A stretch of 64,000 nt of DNA, from NCBI GenBank assembly GCA_964016885.1, contig OZ024743.1, positions 98,766,001 to 98,830,000 of the forward strand, read 5' to 3'. The DNA is from Eledone cirrhosa. Lineage: Eukaryota. The notes beneath the pieces were generated by a model. It was given only the letters and a program-made list of their open reading frames with translations. It did no database searches and was not told where the DNA came from. Both the position numbers and the translations under genes were made by a program. Within the stretch, counting starts at the first letter, position 1; every line of letters begins with the position of its first letter. Positions 15,001 through 26,669 of the stretch are shown here, in pieces.

Positions 15001-18000
15001 ATAGAGCAGTGGTTATAGAAGGTTGAACCATATAGAGCAATGTTTCTAGAAGGTTGAACAACTGTATAGAGTAGTGGTTCTAGAAGGTTGAACCATATAG
15101 ATCAGTGGTTCTAGAATGTTGTACCATATAGAGCAGTGGTTCAAGAAGGTGGAACCACTGTATAGAGCAGTGGTTCTAGATGGTTGAACCACTGTATAAA
15201 TCAGTGGTTCGAGAAGGTTGAACTACTGTATAGAGCAGTGGTTCAAGAAGGTTGAACCACTGTATAGAGCAGTTGTTTTAGAAGGTTGAACCATATAGAT
15301 CAGTGGTTCTAGAAGGTTGAACCACTATAGAGCAGTGGTTTTAGAAGGTTGAACCACTCTATAGAGCAGTGGTTCTAGAAGGTTGAACAACTCTATAGAG
15401 TAGTGGTTCTAGAAGGTTGAACCATATAGATCACTGGTTCTAGAAGGTTGATTCACTCTATCGTGCAGTGGTTCTAGAAGGTTTAACCACTGTATAGATC
15501 AGTGGTTCAAGAAGGTTGAACCACTGTATAGAGCAGTGGTTCTAGAAGGTTGAACCATATAGAGCAGTGGTTCTAGAAGTTTGAACCACTGTATATAGCA
15601 GTGGTTCAAGAAGGTTGAACCACTGTATAGAGCAGTTATTCCAGAAGGTTGAACCATATATTGCAGTGGTTCTAGAAGGTTGAACCATATAGAGCAGTGG
15701 TTATAGAAGGTTGAACCATATAGAGCAATGGTTCTATAAGGTTGAACAACTGTATAGAGTAGTGGTTCTAGAAGGTTGAACGACTCTATAGAGCAGTGGT
15801 CCTAGAAGATTGATCCACTGTATAGAGCAGTGGTTCTAGAAGGTTAAATCACTTTATAGACCAGTGCTTCTAGAATGTTGTACCATATAGAGCAGTGGTT
15901 CAAGAAGGTTGAACCACTCTATAGTGCAGTGGTTCTAGAAGGTTGAACCACTGTATAGAGCAGTGGTTCTAGAAGTTTGAACCACTGTATAGATCAGTGG
16001 TTCTAGAAGGTTGAACCATATATTGCAATGGTTCTAGAAGGTTGAACAACTGTATAGAGTAGTGGTTCTAGAAGGTTGAACCATATAGATCAGTGGTTCT
16101 AGAAAGTTGATCCACTATATAGTGCAGTGGTTCTAGAAGGTTGACCCACTGTATAGATCAGTGATTCACGAAGGTTGAACCACTGTATAGAGCAGTGGTT
16201 CTAGAAGTTTGAACAACTCTATAGAGCAGTGCTTCTAGAAGGTTGATCCATATAGATCAGTGGTTCTAGAAGGTTGAACCACTGTATAGAGAGCAGTGGT
16301 TCTAGACGTTTGAACCACTGTATAGATCAGTGGTTCTAGAAGTTTGAACCACTCTATAGAGTAGTGGTTTTAGAAGGTTGAACCATATAGATCAGTGGTT
16401 CAAGAAGGTTGAACCAATGTATAGAGCAGTGGTTCTAGAAGGTTGAACCATATAGAGCAGTGGTTCTAGAAGTTTGAACCACTGTATATAGCAGTGGTTC
16501 AAGAAGGTTGAACCACTGTATAGAGCAGTTATTCTAGAAGTTTGAACCACTATAGAGCAGTGGTTCTAGAAGGGTGAACCACTCTATAGAGCAGTGGTTC
16601 TAGAAGGTTGAACCACTCTATAGTGCAGTGGTTCTAGAAGGTTGAACCACTGTATAGAGCAGTGGTTCTAGAAGGTTGTACCATATAGTGCAGTGGTTCT
16701 AGAAGGTTGAACCACTGTATAGAGCAGTTGTTCTAGAAGTTTGAACCACTATATAGATCAGTGGTTCTAGAAGGTTGAACCATATAGAGCAGTGGTTATA
16801 GAAGGTTGAACCATATAGAGCAATGGTTCTATAAGGTTGAACAACTGTATAGAGTAGTGGTTCTAGAAGTTTGAACCATACAGATCAGTGGTTCTAGAAG
16901 GTTGAACCACTGTATAGAGCAGTGTTTCTAGAAGTTTGAACCACGGTATAGATCAGTGGTTCTAGAAGGTTGAACCATATATTGCAGTGGTTCTAGAAGG
17001 TTGAACCATATAGAGCAGTGGTTATAGAAGGTTGAACCACATAGAGCAATGGTTCTAGAAGGTTGAACCACTGTATAGAGTAGTGGTTCTAGAAGTTTGA
17101 ACTATATAGATCAGTGGTTCTAGAAGGTTGAACCACTCTATAGTGCAGTGGTTCTAGAAGGTTGAACCACTGTATAGATCAGTGGTTAAAGAAGGTTAAA
17201 CCACTGTATAGAGCAGTGGTTCTAGAAGGTTGAACCATATAGTGCAGTGGTTCTAGAAGTTTGAACCACTGTATAGAGCAGTGGTTCTAGAAGGTTGAAC
17301 CACTCTATAGAGCAATGCTTCTAGAAGGTTGATCCATATAGATCAGTGGTTCTAGAAGGTTGAACCACTGTATAGAGAGCAGTGGTTCTAGACGATTGAA
17401 CCACTGTATAGATCAGTGGTTCTAGAATGTTGAACTATATAGATCTGTGGTTCTAGAAGTTTGAACCACTCTATAGAACCATGGTTTTAGAAGGTTGAAC
17501 CACTGTACAGAGCAGTGGTTCAAGAAGGTTGAACCACTGTATAGAGCAGTGGGTCAAGATGGTTGAACCACTGTGTAGAGCAGTTGTTCTAGAAGGTTGA
17601 ACCATATAGATTAGTGGTTCTAGAAAGTTGAACCACTATAGAGCAGTGGTTCTAGAAGGTTGAACCACTATATAGAGCAGTCGTTCTAGAAGGTTGTACC
17701 ATATAGTGCAGTGGTTCTAGAAGGTTGAACCACTGTATAGAGCAGTGGTTCTAGAAGGTTGAACCATATATTGCAGTTGTTCTAGAAGGTTGAACCTTAT
17801 AGAGCAGTGGTTATAGAAGGTTGAACCATATAGAGCAATGATTCTAGAAGGTTGAACAACTGTATAAAGTATTGGTTCTAGAAGGTTGAACCATATAGAT
17901 CAGTGGTTCTAGAAGGTTGAACCACTCTATAGTGCAGTGGTTCTAGAAGGTTGAACCACTGTATAGATCAGTGGTTCAAGATGGTTTAACCACTGTATAG

Positions 18001-21000
18001 AGCAGTGGTTCTAGAAGGTTGAACCATATAGTGCAGTGGTTCTAGATGTTTGAACCACTGTTTAGAGCAGTGGTTCTAGAAGGTTGAACCACTCTATAGA
18101 GCAGTGCTTCTAGAAGGTTGATCCATATATATCAGTGGTTATAGAAGGTTGAACCACTGTATAGAGAGCAGTGGTTCTAGACGTTTGAACCACTGTATAG
18201 ATCAGTGGTTCTAGAATGTTGAACCATATAGATCTGTGGTTCTAGAAGTTTGAACCACTCTATAGAGCAGTGGTTTTAGAAGGTTGAACCACTGTATAGA
18301 GCAGTGGTTCTAGAAGGTTGAACCACTGTATAGAGCAGTGCTTCTAGAAAGTTGAACCACTGTATAGAACAGTGGTTCAAGAAGGTTGAACCACTGTATA
18401 GAGTAGTGGTTCAAGAAGGTTGAACCACTGTATAGAGCAGTGGTTCTAGAAGGGTGAAACACTCTATAGAGCAGTGGTTCTAGAACGTTGAACCATATAG
18501 AACAGTGGTTCTAGAAGGTTGAACCACTGTATAGATCAGTGGATCTAGAAGGTTGAACCATATAGGGCAGTGGTTCTAGAAGGTTGAACCACTTTATAGA
18601 GTAGTTGTTGTAGAAGGTTTAACCATATAGAGCAGTGGTTCAAGAAGGTTGAACCACTGTGTAGATCAGTGGTTTTAGAAGGTTGAACCATATAGATCAG
18701 TGATTCTAGAAGGTTGAACCACTCTTTAGAACAGTGGTTGTAGAAGCTTGAACCACTGTATAGATCAGTGGTTCTAGAAGCTTGAACCACTTTATAGAGC
18801 AGGGGTTGTAGAAGGTTGAACCACTCTATAGATTAGTGGTTCTAGAGGCTTGAACCATATAGAGCAGTGGTTCAAGAAGTTTGAACCACTGTGTAGATCA
18901 GTGGTTTTAGAAGGTTGAACCATATAGATCAGTGGTTCTAGAAGGTTGAATCACTCTATAGAACAGTGGTTCTAGAAGGTTGAACCACTCTATAGAGCAG
19001 TGGTTCTAGAAGGTTGAACCATATAGATTAGTGGTTCTAGTAGGTTGAACCACTGTATAGAGAGCAGTGATTCTAGAAGTTTGAACCACTGTATAGATCA
19101 GTGGTTCTAGAATGTTGAACCATATAGAGCAGTAGTTATAGAAGGTTGAACCACTCTATAGAGCAGTGTTTTAAGAAGGTTGAACCACCGTATAGAGCAG
19201 TGGTTCTAGAAGGTTGAACCATATAGTGCAGTGGTTCTAGAAGGTTGAACTATATAGAGCAGTGGTTATAGAAGGTTGAACCATATAGAGCAATGGTTCT
19301 AGAAGGTTGAACAACTGTATAGAGAGCAGTGGTTCAAGAAGGTTGAACCACTGTATAAAATAGTGGTTCTAGAAGGTTGAACCACTATAGGCAGTGGTTC
19401 TAGAAGGTTGAACCACTCTATAGTGCAGTGGTTCTAGAAGGTTGTGCCATATAGAGCAGTGGTTCTAGAAGGTCGAACCACTACAGAGCAGTGGTTCTAG
19501 AAGGTTGAACCACTCTATAGTGCAGTGGTTCCTACAAGGTTGAACCACTGTATAGATCAGTGGTTCTAGAAGTTTGAACCACTCTATTGATCAGTGGTTC
19601 TAGAAGATTGAACCACTGTATAGATCAGTGGATCTAGAAGGTTGAACCATATAGGGCAGTGGTTCTAGAAGGTTGAACCACCGTATAGAGGATTGGTTCT
19701 AGAAGGTTGAACCATATAGAGCAGTGGTTCTAGAAGGTTGAACCACTGTATAGAGCAGTGGTTCTAGAATGTTGAACCATATAGATCAGTGGTTCTACAA
19801 GGTTGAACCACTTTATAGAGTAGCTGTTGTAGAAGGTTTAACCATATAGAGCAGTGGTTCAAGAAGGTTGAACCACTGTGTAGATCAGTCGTTTTAGAAG
19901 GTTGAGCCATATAGATCAGTGGTTCTAGAAGGTTGAATCACTCTATAGAACAGTGGTTCTAGAAGGTTGAACCACTCTATAGAGCAGTGGTTCTAGAAGG
20001 TTGAACCATATAGATCAGTGGTTCTAGTAGGTTGAACCACTGTATAGAGAGCAGTGATTCTAGAAGTTTGGACCACTGTATAGATCAGTGGTTCTAGAAT
20101 GTTGAACCATATAGAGCAGTAGTTATAGAAGGTTGAACCACTCTATAGAGCAGTGGTTTAAGAAGGTTGAACCACCGTATAGAGCAGTGGTTCTAGAAGG
20201 TTGAACCACTGTGTAGAGCATTGGTTCTAGAAGTTTGAACCACTGTATAGAGCAGTGGTTCAAGAAGGTTGGACCACTGTATAGAACAGTGGTTTTAGAA
20301 GGTTGAACCATATAGATCAGTGGTTCTAGAAGGTTGAACCACTCTATAGAGCTGTGATTCTAGAAGGTTGAACCACTGTATAGATCAGTGGTTCTAGAAG
20401 GTTGAACCATATAGTGCAGTGGTTCTAGAAGGTTGAACCATATAGAGCAGTGGTTATAGAAGGTTGAACCATATAGAGCAATGGTTCTAGAAGTTTGAAC
20501 AACTGTATAGAAAGCAGTGGTTCTAGAAGGTTGAACCACTGTATAAAATAGTGGTTCTAGAAGGTTGAACCATATAGATCAGTGGTTCTAGAAGTTTGAA
20601 CCACTGTATAGAGCAGTTATTCTAGAAGGTTGAACCATATAGATCAGTGGTTCTAGAAGGTTGAACCACTATAGGCAGTGTTTCTAGAAGGGTGAACCAC
20701 TCTATAGAGCAGTGGTTCTAGAAGGTTGAACCACTCTATAGTGTAGTGGTTCTAGAAGGTTGTACCATATAGAGCAGTGGTTCTAGAAGGTCGAACCACT
20801 ACAGAGCAGTGGTTCTAGAAGGTTGAACCACTCTATAGTGCAGTGGTTCCTAGAAGGTTGAACCACTGTATAGATCAGTGGTTCTAGAAGTTTGAACCAC
20901 TCTATTGAGCAGTGGTTCTAGAAGATTGAACCACTGTATAGAGCAGTGGTTCTAGAAGGTTAAATCACTCTATAGACCAGTGGTTCTAGAATGTTGTACC

Positions 21001-22010
21001 ATATAGAGCAGTGGTTCTAGAAGGTTGAACCACTATAGAGCAGTGGTTCTAGAAGTTTGAACCAATCTATAGAGCAATGGTCCAAGAAGGTTGAACCACT
21101 GTATAGAGCAATGGTTCTAGAAGGTTGAACCATATAGAGCAGTGGTTCAAGGAGGTTGAACCACTGTATAAATCAGTGGTTCAAGAAGGTTGAACTACTG
21201 TATAGAGCAGTGGTTCTAGAAGTTTGAACCACTCTATAGAGCAGTGGTTCTAGAAGATTGAACCACTGTATAGAGCAGTGGTTCTAGAAGGTTAAATCAC
21301 TCTATAGACCAGTGGTTCTAGAATGTTGTACCATATAGAGCAGTGGTTCTAGAAATTTGAACTATTATAGAGCAGTGGTTCTAGAAGTTTGAACCAATCT
21401 ATAGAGCAGTGGTCGAAGAAGGTTGAACCACTGCATAGAGCAGTGGTTCTAGAAGGTTGAACCATATAGAGCAGTGGTTCAAGAAGGTTGAACCACTGTA
21501 TAAATCAGTGGTTCAAGAAGGTTGAACTACTGTATAGAGCAGTGGTTCTAGAAGTTTAAACCACTCTATAGAGCAGTGGTTCTAGAAGATTGAACCACTA
21601 TATAGAGCAGTGTTTCTAGAAGGTTAAATCACTCTATAGACCAGTGGTTCTAGAATGTTGTACCATATAGAGCAGTGGTTCTAGAAGGTTGAACCACTAT
21701 AGAGCAGTGTTTCTAGAAGTTTGAACCAATCTATAGAGCAGTGGTCCAAGAAGGTTGAACCACTGTATAGAGCAGTGGTTCTAGAAGGTTGAACCATATA
21801 GAGCAGTGGTTCAAGAAGGTTGAACCACTGTATAAATCAGTGGTTCAAGAAGGTTGAACTACTGTATAGAGCAGTGGTTCTAGAAGTTTAAACCACTCTA
21901 TAGAGCAGTGGTTCTAGAAGGTTGGAGCATATAGATCAGTGGTTCTAGAAGGTTGAACCACTATAGAGCAGTGGTTCTAGAAGTTTGAACCACTCTATAG
22001 AGCAGTGGTT
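1..22010. repeat. Satellite array, 34-bp unit GAACCACTGTATAGAGCAGTGGTTCTAGAAGGTT with 31-, 32- and 36-bp variants, roughly 650-700 units; runs off the left edge
   Basis: Continuous tandem units read directly. The 31-bp variant has GAACCATATAG in place of GAACCACTGTATAG. Each full unit contains the inverted repeat GAACCACTG/CAGTGGTTC and the palindrome TTCTAGAA. The array ends at ...AGCAGTGGTT (22010), followed by AT-rich unique sequence. Confidence 0.98.
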
Positions 22011-22954
22011 ATAAAACTTATTTTGTTATTAAACTCTCATATCATTTTTTAAAATTCAAAGTATCCATGTCTATATTTTATGAAAAACTTCAATCACCCT
22101 AATTTTAATAAAATATTAAATGAAAATAAATTGTTTCAGAGTGAGAATTTATAAAGAACAAAGAAATGCCTCCAGTATGATGTGGTTGTATGGTTAACAA
22201 CTTTGCTTTGTAACTGTATGCTTTCAAGTTGAGTACCATTGCATAACATCTGGGAAAAGTGTCCATTAGGATAGACAATGTCTATTAGGAAAACAATGCC
22301 TCGAGACTGAAATATTATTGCTAGAAAGAAACTGTGGATAACCATCATATAATGGGTGCAAAGGGAAGAGAGAAAGTGAATGGCCTCTTTTCACCTGTCA
22401 CTTTTTTGTGTGGCTTCCATTTGCTACTACTTCCGGTTGTCCTTTCTAGTTTTGATTTGGTACCGAGCAGACGTATCTCATCTCTCTCCCTCCAATCTAT
22501 CTGTCTACCCATTTATTTGTTCATTTTGGCAGCCACACATAATATGAGCAGAAATATTCAATTTCTGATGCATGAGCCCGAATTTATATGCAGTAATGAC
22601 GTAATATGATGTTGTGTGCTCTTTATCTCATTCATTTCCAATCTTCCATCTTCTCTCCCTGCTTCTTCTCTACCACTTCTCTGGACCAATACAATTCTAG
22701 CCATTATTCCTGTCCTTTGACGACATTTTACTGCTTTGGCAGTTTTCTTTGCAGTGAGTCTCTCATTATTCTATGAATTCTAATACACTTGCGCTTCAAC
22801 TCAAATTTTGAGATGACACTTTATTTACATATTCTAGCTGTCGAAACGGCCGGACTCTTTTCCTATATATATATATATATATATATAGTGGTAGAACACT
22901 GGAAGGTAATATCCATAGTGGTAGAGCACTCAGTCCATGGGACGAGTTAGGTAG

Positions 22955-23125
22955 AAGTGGTTACTCAACAGTTAGTTCACCATACCGAGAACAATTGTTT
23001 CACCTTAGCGGATCCTCAGCTCATAATGGACATGGTTATACGTATAACCATGTCCATTATGAGCTGAGGATCCGCTAAGGTGAAACAATTGTTCTCGGTA
23101 TGGTGAGCTAACTGTTGTGTAACCA

Positions 23126-23128
<3 letters not shown>
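22955..23128. mobile_element. 174-bp spacerless palindrome, probably a Penelope-like element terminal-repeat remnant
   Basis: 87-bp arms centred on TTATAC|GTATAA (23041/23042), with 2 mismatches. It lies between (TA)n tracts and carries a hammerhead motif in each arm. Confidence 0.65.
23058..23100 (+). ncRNA. Minimal type I hammerhead ribozyme-like motif (mirror copy on the - strand at 22983-23025)
   Basis: GAG-CTGAGGA-TCC GCTAA GGT-GAAA-C AATT G-TT-CTC: CUGAnGA and GAAA core, short stem II, palindromic stem III (ACAATTGT), stem I GAG/CTC. Confidence 0.6.
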
Positions 23129-23172
<44 letters not shown>

Positions 23173-23208
23173 GAAAAATGGCGTGCTGTGTTGTTGCGAA
23201 TGTGATAC

Positions 23209-23352
23209 AAGTGAAATTAAAAATAGAGCAACAAACCAGGACTATCCATCATCAGTGATCTTTTGGCTAAATGCGAAGAAATACTGATGATAGCCAGAAG
23301 ATCACTGATGATGGATAGTCCTGGTTTCTTGCTCTATTTTTTTATTTCACTT
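23209..23352. repeat. Inverted repeat with ~61-bp arms and a 21-bp spacer, embedded in (TA)n
   Basis: AAGTGAAAT...TTTTGGCTA (23209-23269) versus TAGCCAGAA...TTTCACTT (23291-23352). Contains two CTGATGA motifs. Confidence 0.85.
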
Positions 23353-23598
23353 ATATATATATATATATATATATGTATTAGATGGTGATGTGAATAGATC
23401 TGTTTTTCTCTAGAAAGTTTTCTTCAATCCTGCCACTGCCCAGTTTCCTCTATCATTCTATTTCTTCTTTAATTTCTCATTCTATTTTCTGATGAAGGAC
23501 CAAGGTTCAAAACTGTTTTCCTACTATATCAAGCATAAAACTAATAATATATTTCTTCATTGTACTGTTGTTTGGTTTGTTATTTATGTTTGCTTTTT

Positions 23599-23638
<40 letters not shown>

Positions 23639-23744
23639 CAAGGAAACAACAAACAGAAGTACAAACAGTTTTATTAGTTTCATGCTTTGTATGGAAAAGT
23701 GGAAAGAAAGTTATCTATCTATATATATATGTATATATATACGT

Positions 23745-24090
23745 GACTTCTGGCGTCACACAGTAATACAGAGTACCCGACCTCCCATGGGTACAAGCTG
23801 AAGCATATAGACAATATGCCCCCACACACCCCACCGCAAGGTGGTCGTGGAGGTGCCACGGCAAAAAAGCACCCAGCCCACACTGTAAAGTGGACGTGTA
23901 GGTGCCACGAAAAAGCACCCACTGTAAATGAGGTTGGTGTTAGGAAGGGCATCGAGCTGTAGAAATCAAGCCAAATCAGTTCCTGTATGAGCAAGGCATG
24001 GTCAGCCGACCAGACACTGCCCACAACAGGACAACCCGTCTAACCCATGCTAGCGTGGAAGAACGAACGTAAAACGGTGATGATGATGAT
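23745..24090 (+). mobile_element. RTE-related non-LTR 3' end or SINE with (GAT)n tail
   Basis: Shares CACTGTAAA..GGTTGGTGTTAGGAAGGGCATC.AGC.GTAGAAA and AACCCATGC.AGCGTGGAA..ACGT.AAA.(GAT)n with the 3' UTR of the LINE at 26670-28550. Confidence 0.75.
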
Positions 24091-24100
24091 ATATACATAG

Positions 24101-24218
<118 letters not shown>

Positions 24219-24907
24219 CGGGATAACAAATTGTTATAGGTAGTCCACTTAGATGTAGTCCAGTTAGGGTACTCCGAGTAGTGGATAGTATTAACGCTTG
24301 GCTAAGTTTGACTCAACAAGACGTTTCCATAGTGATGCTGCGAGTACGCAGTGATTTCTATGTAGTTTACACTTGGAGTAATAATAAATCAAGAAAAAAG
24401 AGTGACATGGTTTGCTATACAATAAGGGCTTTATTCACATTGCTGACAATTGTTTCTCTGAACTGGTAGGTCTAGAGATCGCTACCCACCTGTTTTGCGT
24501 CACCAATACTTTGTTATAAACAGTCTATTCATCAGAGCATGCGAGAATGAAGGACATACACAGGCATGGCTTCTATATTTTGTAGTGGCATTAAATCAGA
24601 ACAATAATAACAATACTCAATTAAATTAGCTAGATAGTAAATAGTTAAAACAATCGCAACATCAATCTAAGTAAGAAATAGTGTATACTGATGACTTTAG
24701 CATGTAAAATGAACTGATACGAAACAGATGTATGAAATTGTCATGTGACAGCTGTCGTGGGGTTCATTATATATAGTGTAGAGATAACCTGGGGCTTGAA
24801 ACAATGGACCATTTACCTTACTGTAGGTTTGCTGACCGTAAGATAAAATATTTTCATTGTAGTGAGGATGGTAATTTTTATGTGGTGTAAAGTGAATTCA
24901 TTGTTTA

Positions 24908-25091
24908 AGAGGATTGGCAGTATTGGTAGAGGGTCGGATGCTTTGACGCATAGAGTTACAGTCCTTGCCATTCTGAGTTCAAATCCTGCCGAGGTTAACT
25001 TTGCTTTTCATCCTTTTGGGGTCGATAAAATAAAATACCAGTAATACACTGGATAATTGCTGGCCTTGTGCCAAATGTAGAAACAATTATT
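24908..25091 (+). mobile_element. tRNA-derived SINE
   Basis: A-box-like TGGCAGTATTGG and B-box GAGTTCAAATCC. The body TTTGC.TTTCATCCTT..GGGGTCGATAAAATAAA.TACCAGT and tail TAGAAACAATTAT are shared with the copies at 29388 and 41099. Confidence 0.85.
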
Positions 25092-25593
25092 TAAGTGGTC
25101 TATATTAGATGTAGGGATTATTAGTACGAATCATGGGGGTTGTTTAGCCTTCACAGCATCAATAACAAATCATGCATGAAATCATATGAAGGGGTGGGGC
25201 AGGGTTCAATAATGCTGTAGATAATTGCTTCTCACATTCCTAATAGAAAGAGAGAAAAGAGGAAAAGATGAAGAAATAAAACCTGAAAGAATAACAAATC
25301 TATATTGACATATTTGCCCTACCTGCTCTGAAAGTTAAAGTAAAACAAATATTTTGTTTCAACCATTGATATCTTTGCTTCTTTATTGAAAAAACATGCA
25401 AAAAGATGAAAACAATAAAAAAAGATGAAAAAACAAATAAACAACGAAAAAAGCAACACACCATTTTGTCACATGTTCTGTATTTTAGGTGCCAAATTGG
25501 CAAAGTTGTTTAGAGTGTTGGATTAAATGTTTTGCTCCTGTGTGCTCTGAGTTCAAATATTGCCAAGACCAACTTAGAGGATTGACAGAATTG

Positions 25594-25798
25594 TTAACCC
25601 TTTATCATTTACATTACTCTATATATACTATTGTATTTTCACTGTAGACAATTTATCTTACATAATTATCTCATATAATATCGAATCTATGAAATTTTGA
25701 TATTATTTATTTTGAGAACAATACCTTAACATAAGTATGAGTGGCCTGTTACAGCCAGTTTGAACAGAAAGAGGTGGGAGAATTTTGGCTGGGGTTAA
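25594..25798 (-). mobile_element. piggyBac-like non-autonomous element (MITE), copy 1
   Basis: Begins TTAACCCTTT and ends GGGGTTAA. About 120 bp (25667-25787) are the reverse complement of 26508-26629. Confidence 0.6.
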
Positions 25799-26669
25799 AC
25801 AGTTCTGACAGTATACTTTACAGTATGTGGTCTGCCTCTGTGTATTCTGAGTTTAGATGACTTCTGTCTGGAGTTGTTAAGACTGACATATGGTATCAGC
25901 AATGAAAAGACCAATGAAAACATACTTTCCATGGTCTAAAATGGAATGAAATGATATGAAAATGAAGTGAAATTTACTGTTCACAACTATGTAGGGTCAG
26001 GTGGCTTCCTATGAGGTTGTATCTCACAGGAGGTTTCTCAGGTGTTTTAATGATAGGGGACCCAGTCCTATCATGAAATTCAATGTAAACTGAAACACCT
26101 TGCTTAAAAACACAACATATCACCTATTCTAGGGAATGAACTCATTAACTTATGATCATGAGTTCAACATCCTAACCACTCAACCATGTGCCTTTCCTTG
26201 GTATGATCTTATGATCAGCTCTTTTCTTTTTTTCCTATACTTTTTTTAATATCGATGTGGCAGGTTTGATTGAATTGACACCTGTATCATACAGACACAT
26301 ATTTTATTGACTCTCATTCCCTTCAAAGTAATGAAAAACTTGTCAGGATTTAAACACACAACATAAGGGACAAAAAGCCAATTGAATGAGTTATCAGTTA
26401 CAATATTTACCCTAGTCATAGGTGTGGCTGTGTGTTCAACAAGTTAACTTAGCAACCATGTGGTTTCACATTTAATCCTTTAGTATTTAAACCAAACATA
26501 TCTGGACAGAATTCTCCCACCTCTTTCATGTCCAAACCGGCTGTAACCGGTTCACTCATACTGATGTTAAGGTATTGTTCTCAAAATAAATAATATCAAA
26601 ATCTCATTGATTCGATATTATGTGAGATAGAGCCTTTACCATGATATTACAATAGTAAATATAATAGTA

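Noticed and set aside
2890-20311. Minus-strand ORFs of the MVQPSRTT... type
   Set aside because: They are chance stop-free runs of the satellite, and the frame shifts with every 34- or 31-bp unit.
1-22010. CRISPR-like appearance (palindromic ~34-bp repeats)
   Set aside because: Units are directly adjacent with no unique spacers, there are no cas genes, and the context is eukaryotic.
22806-22860. Possible hammerhead (GACA...TGTC-GAAAC-GGCC-GGA)
   Set aside because: The CUGAnGA core and UH site are not intact; at best a decayed remnant.
24908-24990. tRNA genes suggested by A/B boxes (also at 41099)
   Set aside because: No cloverleaf forms, and the boxes continue into a shared SINE body and tail.
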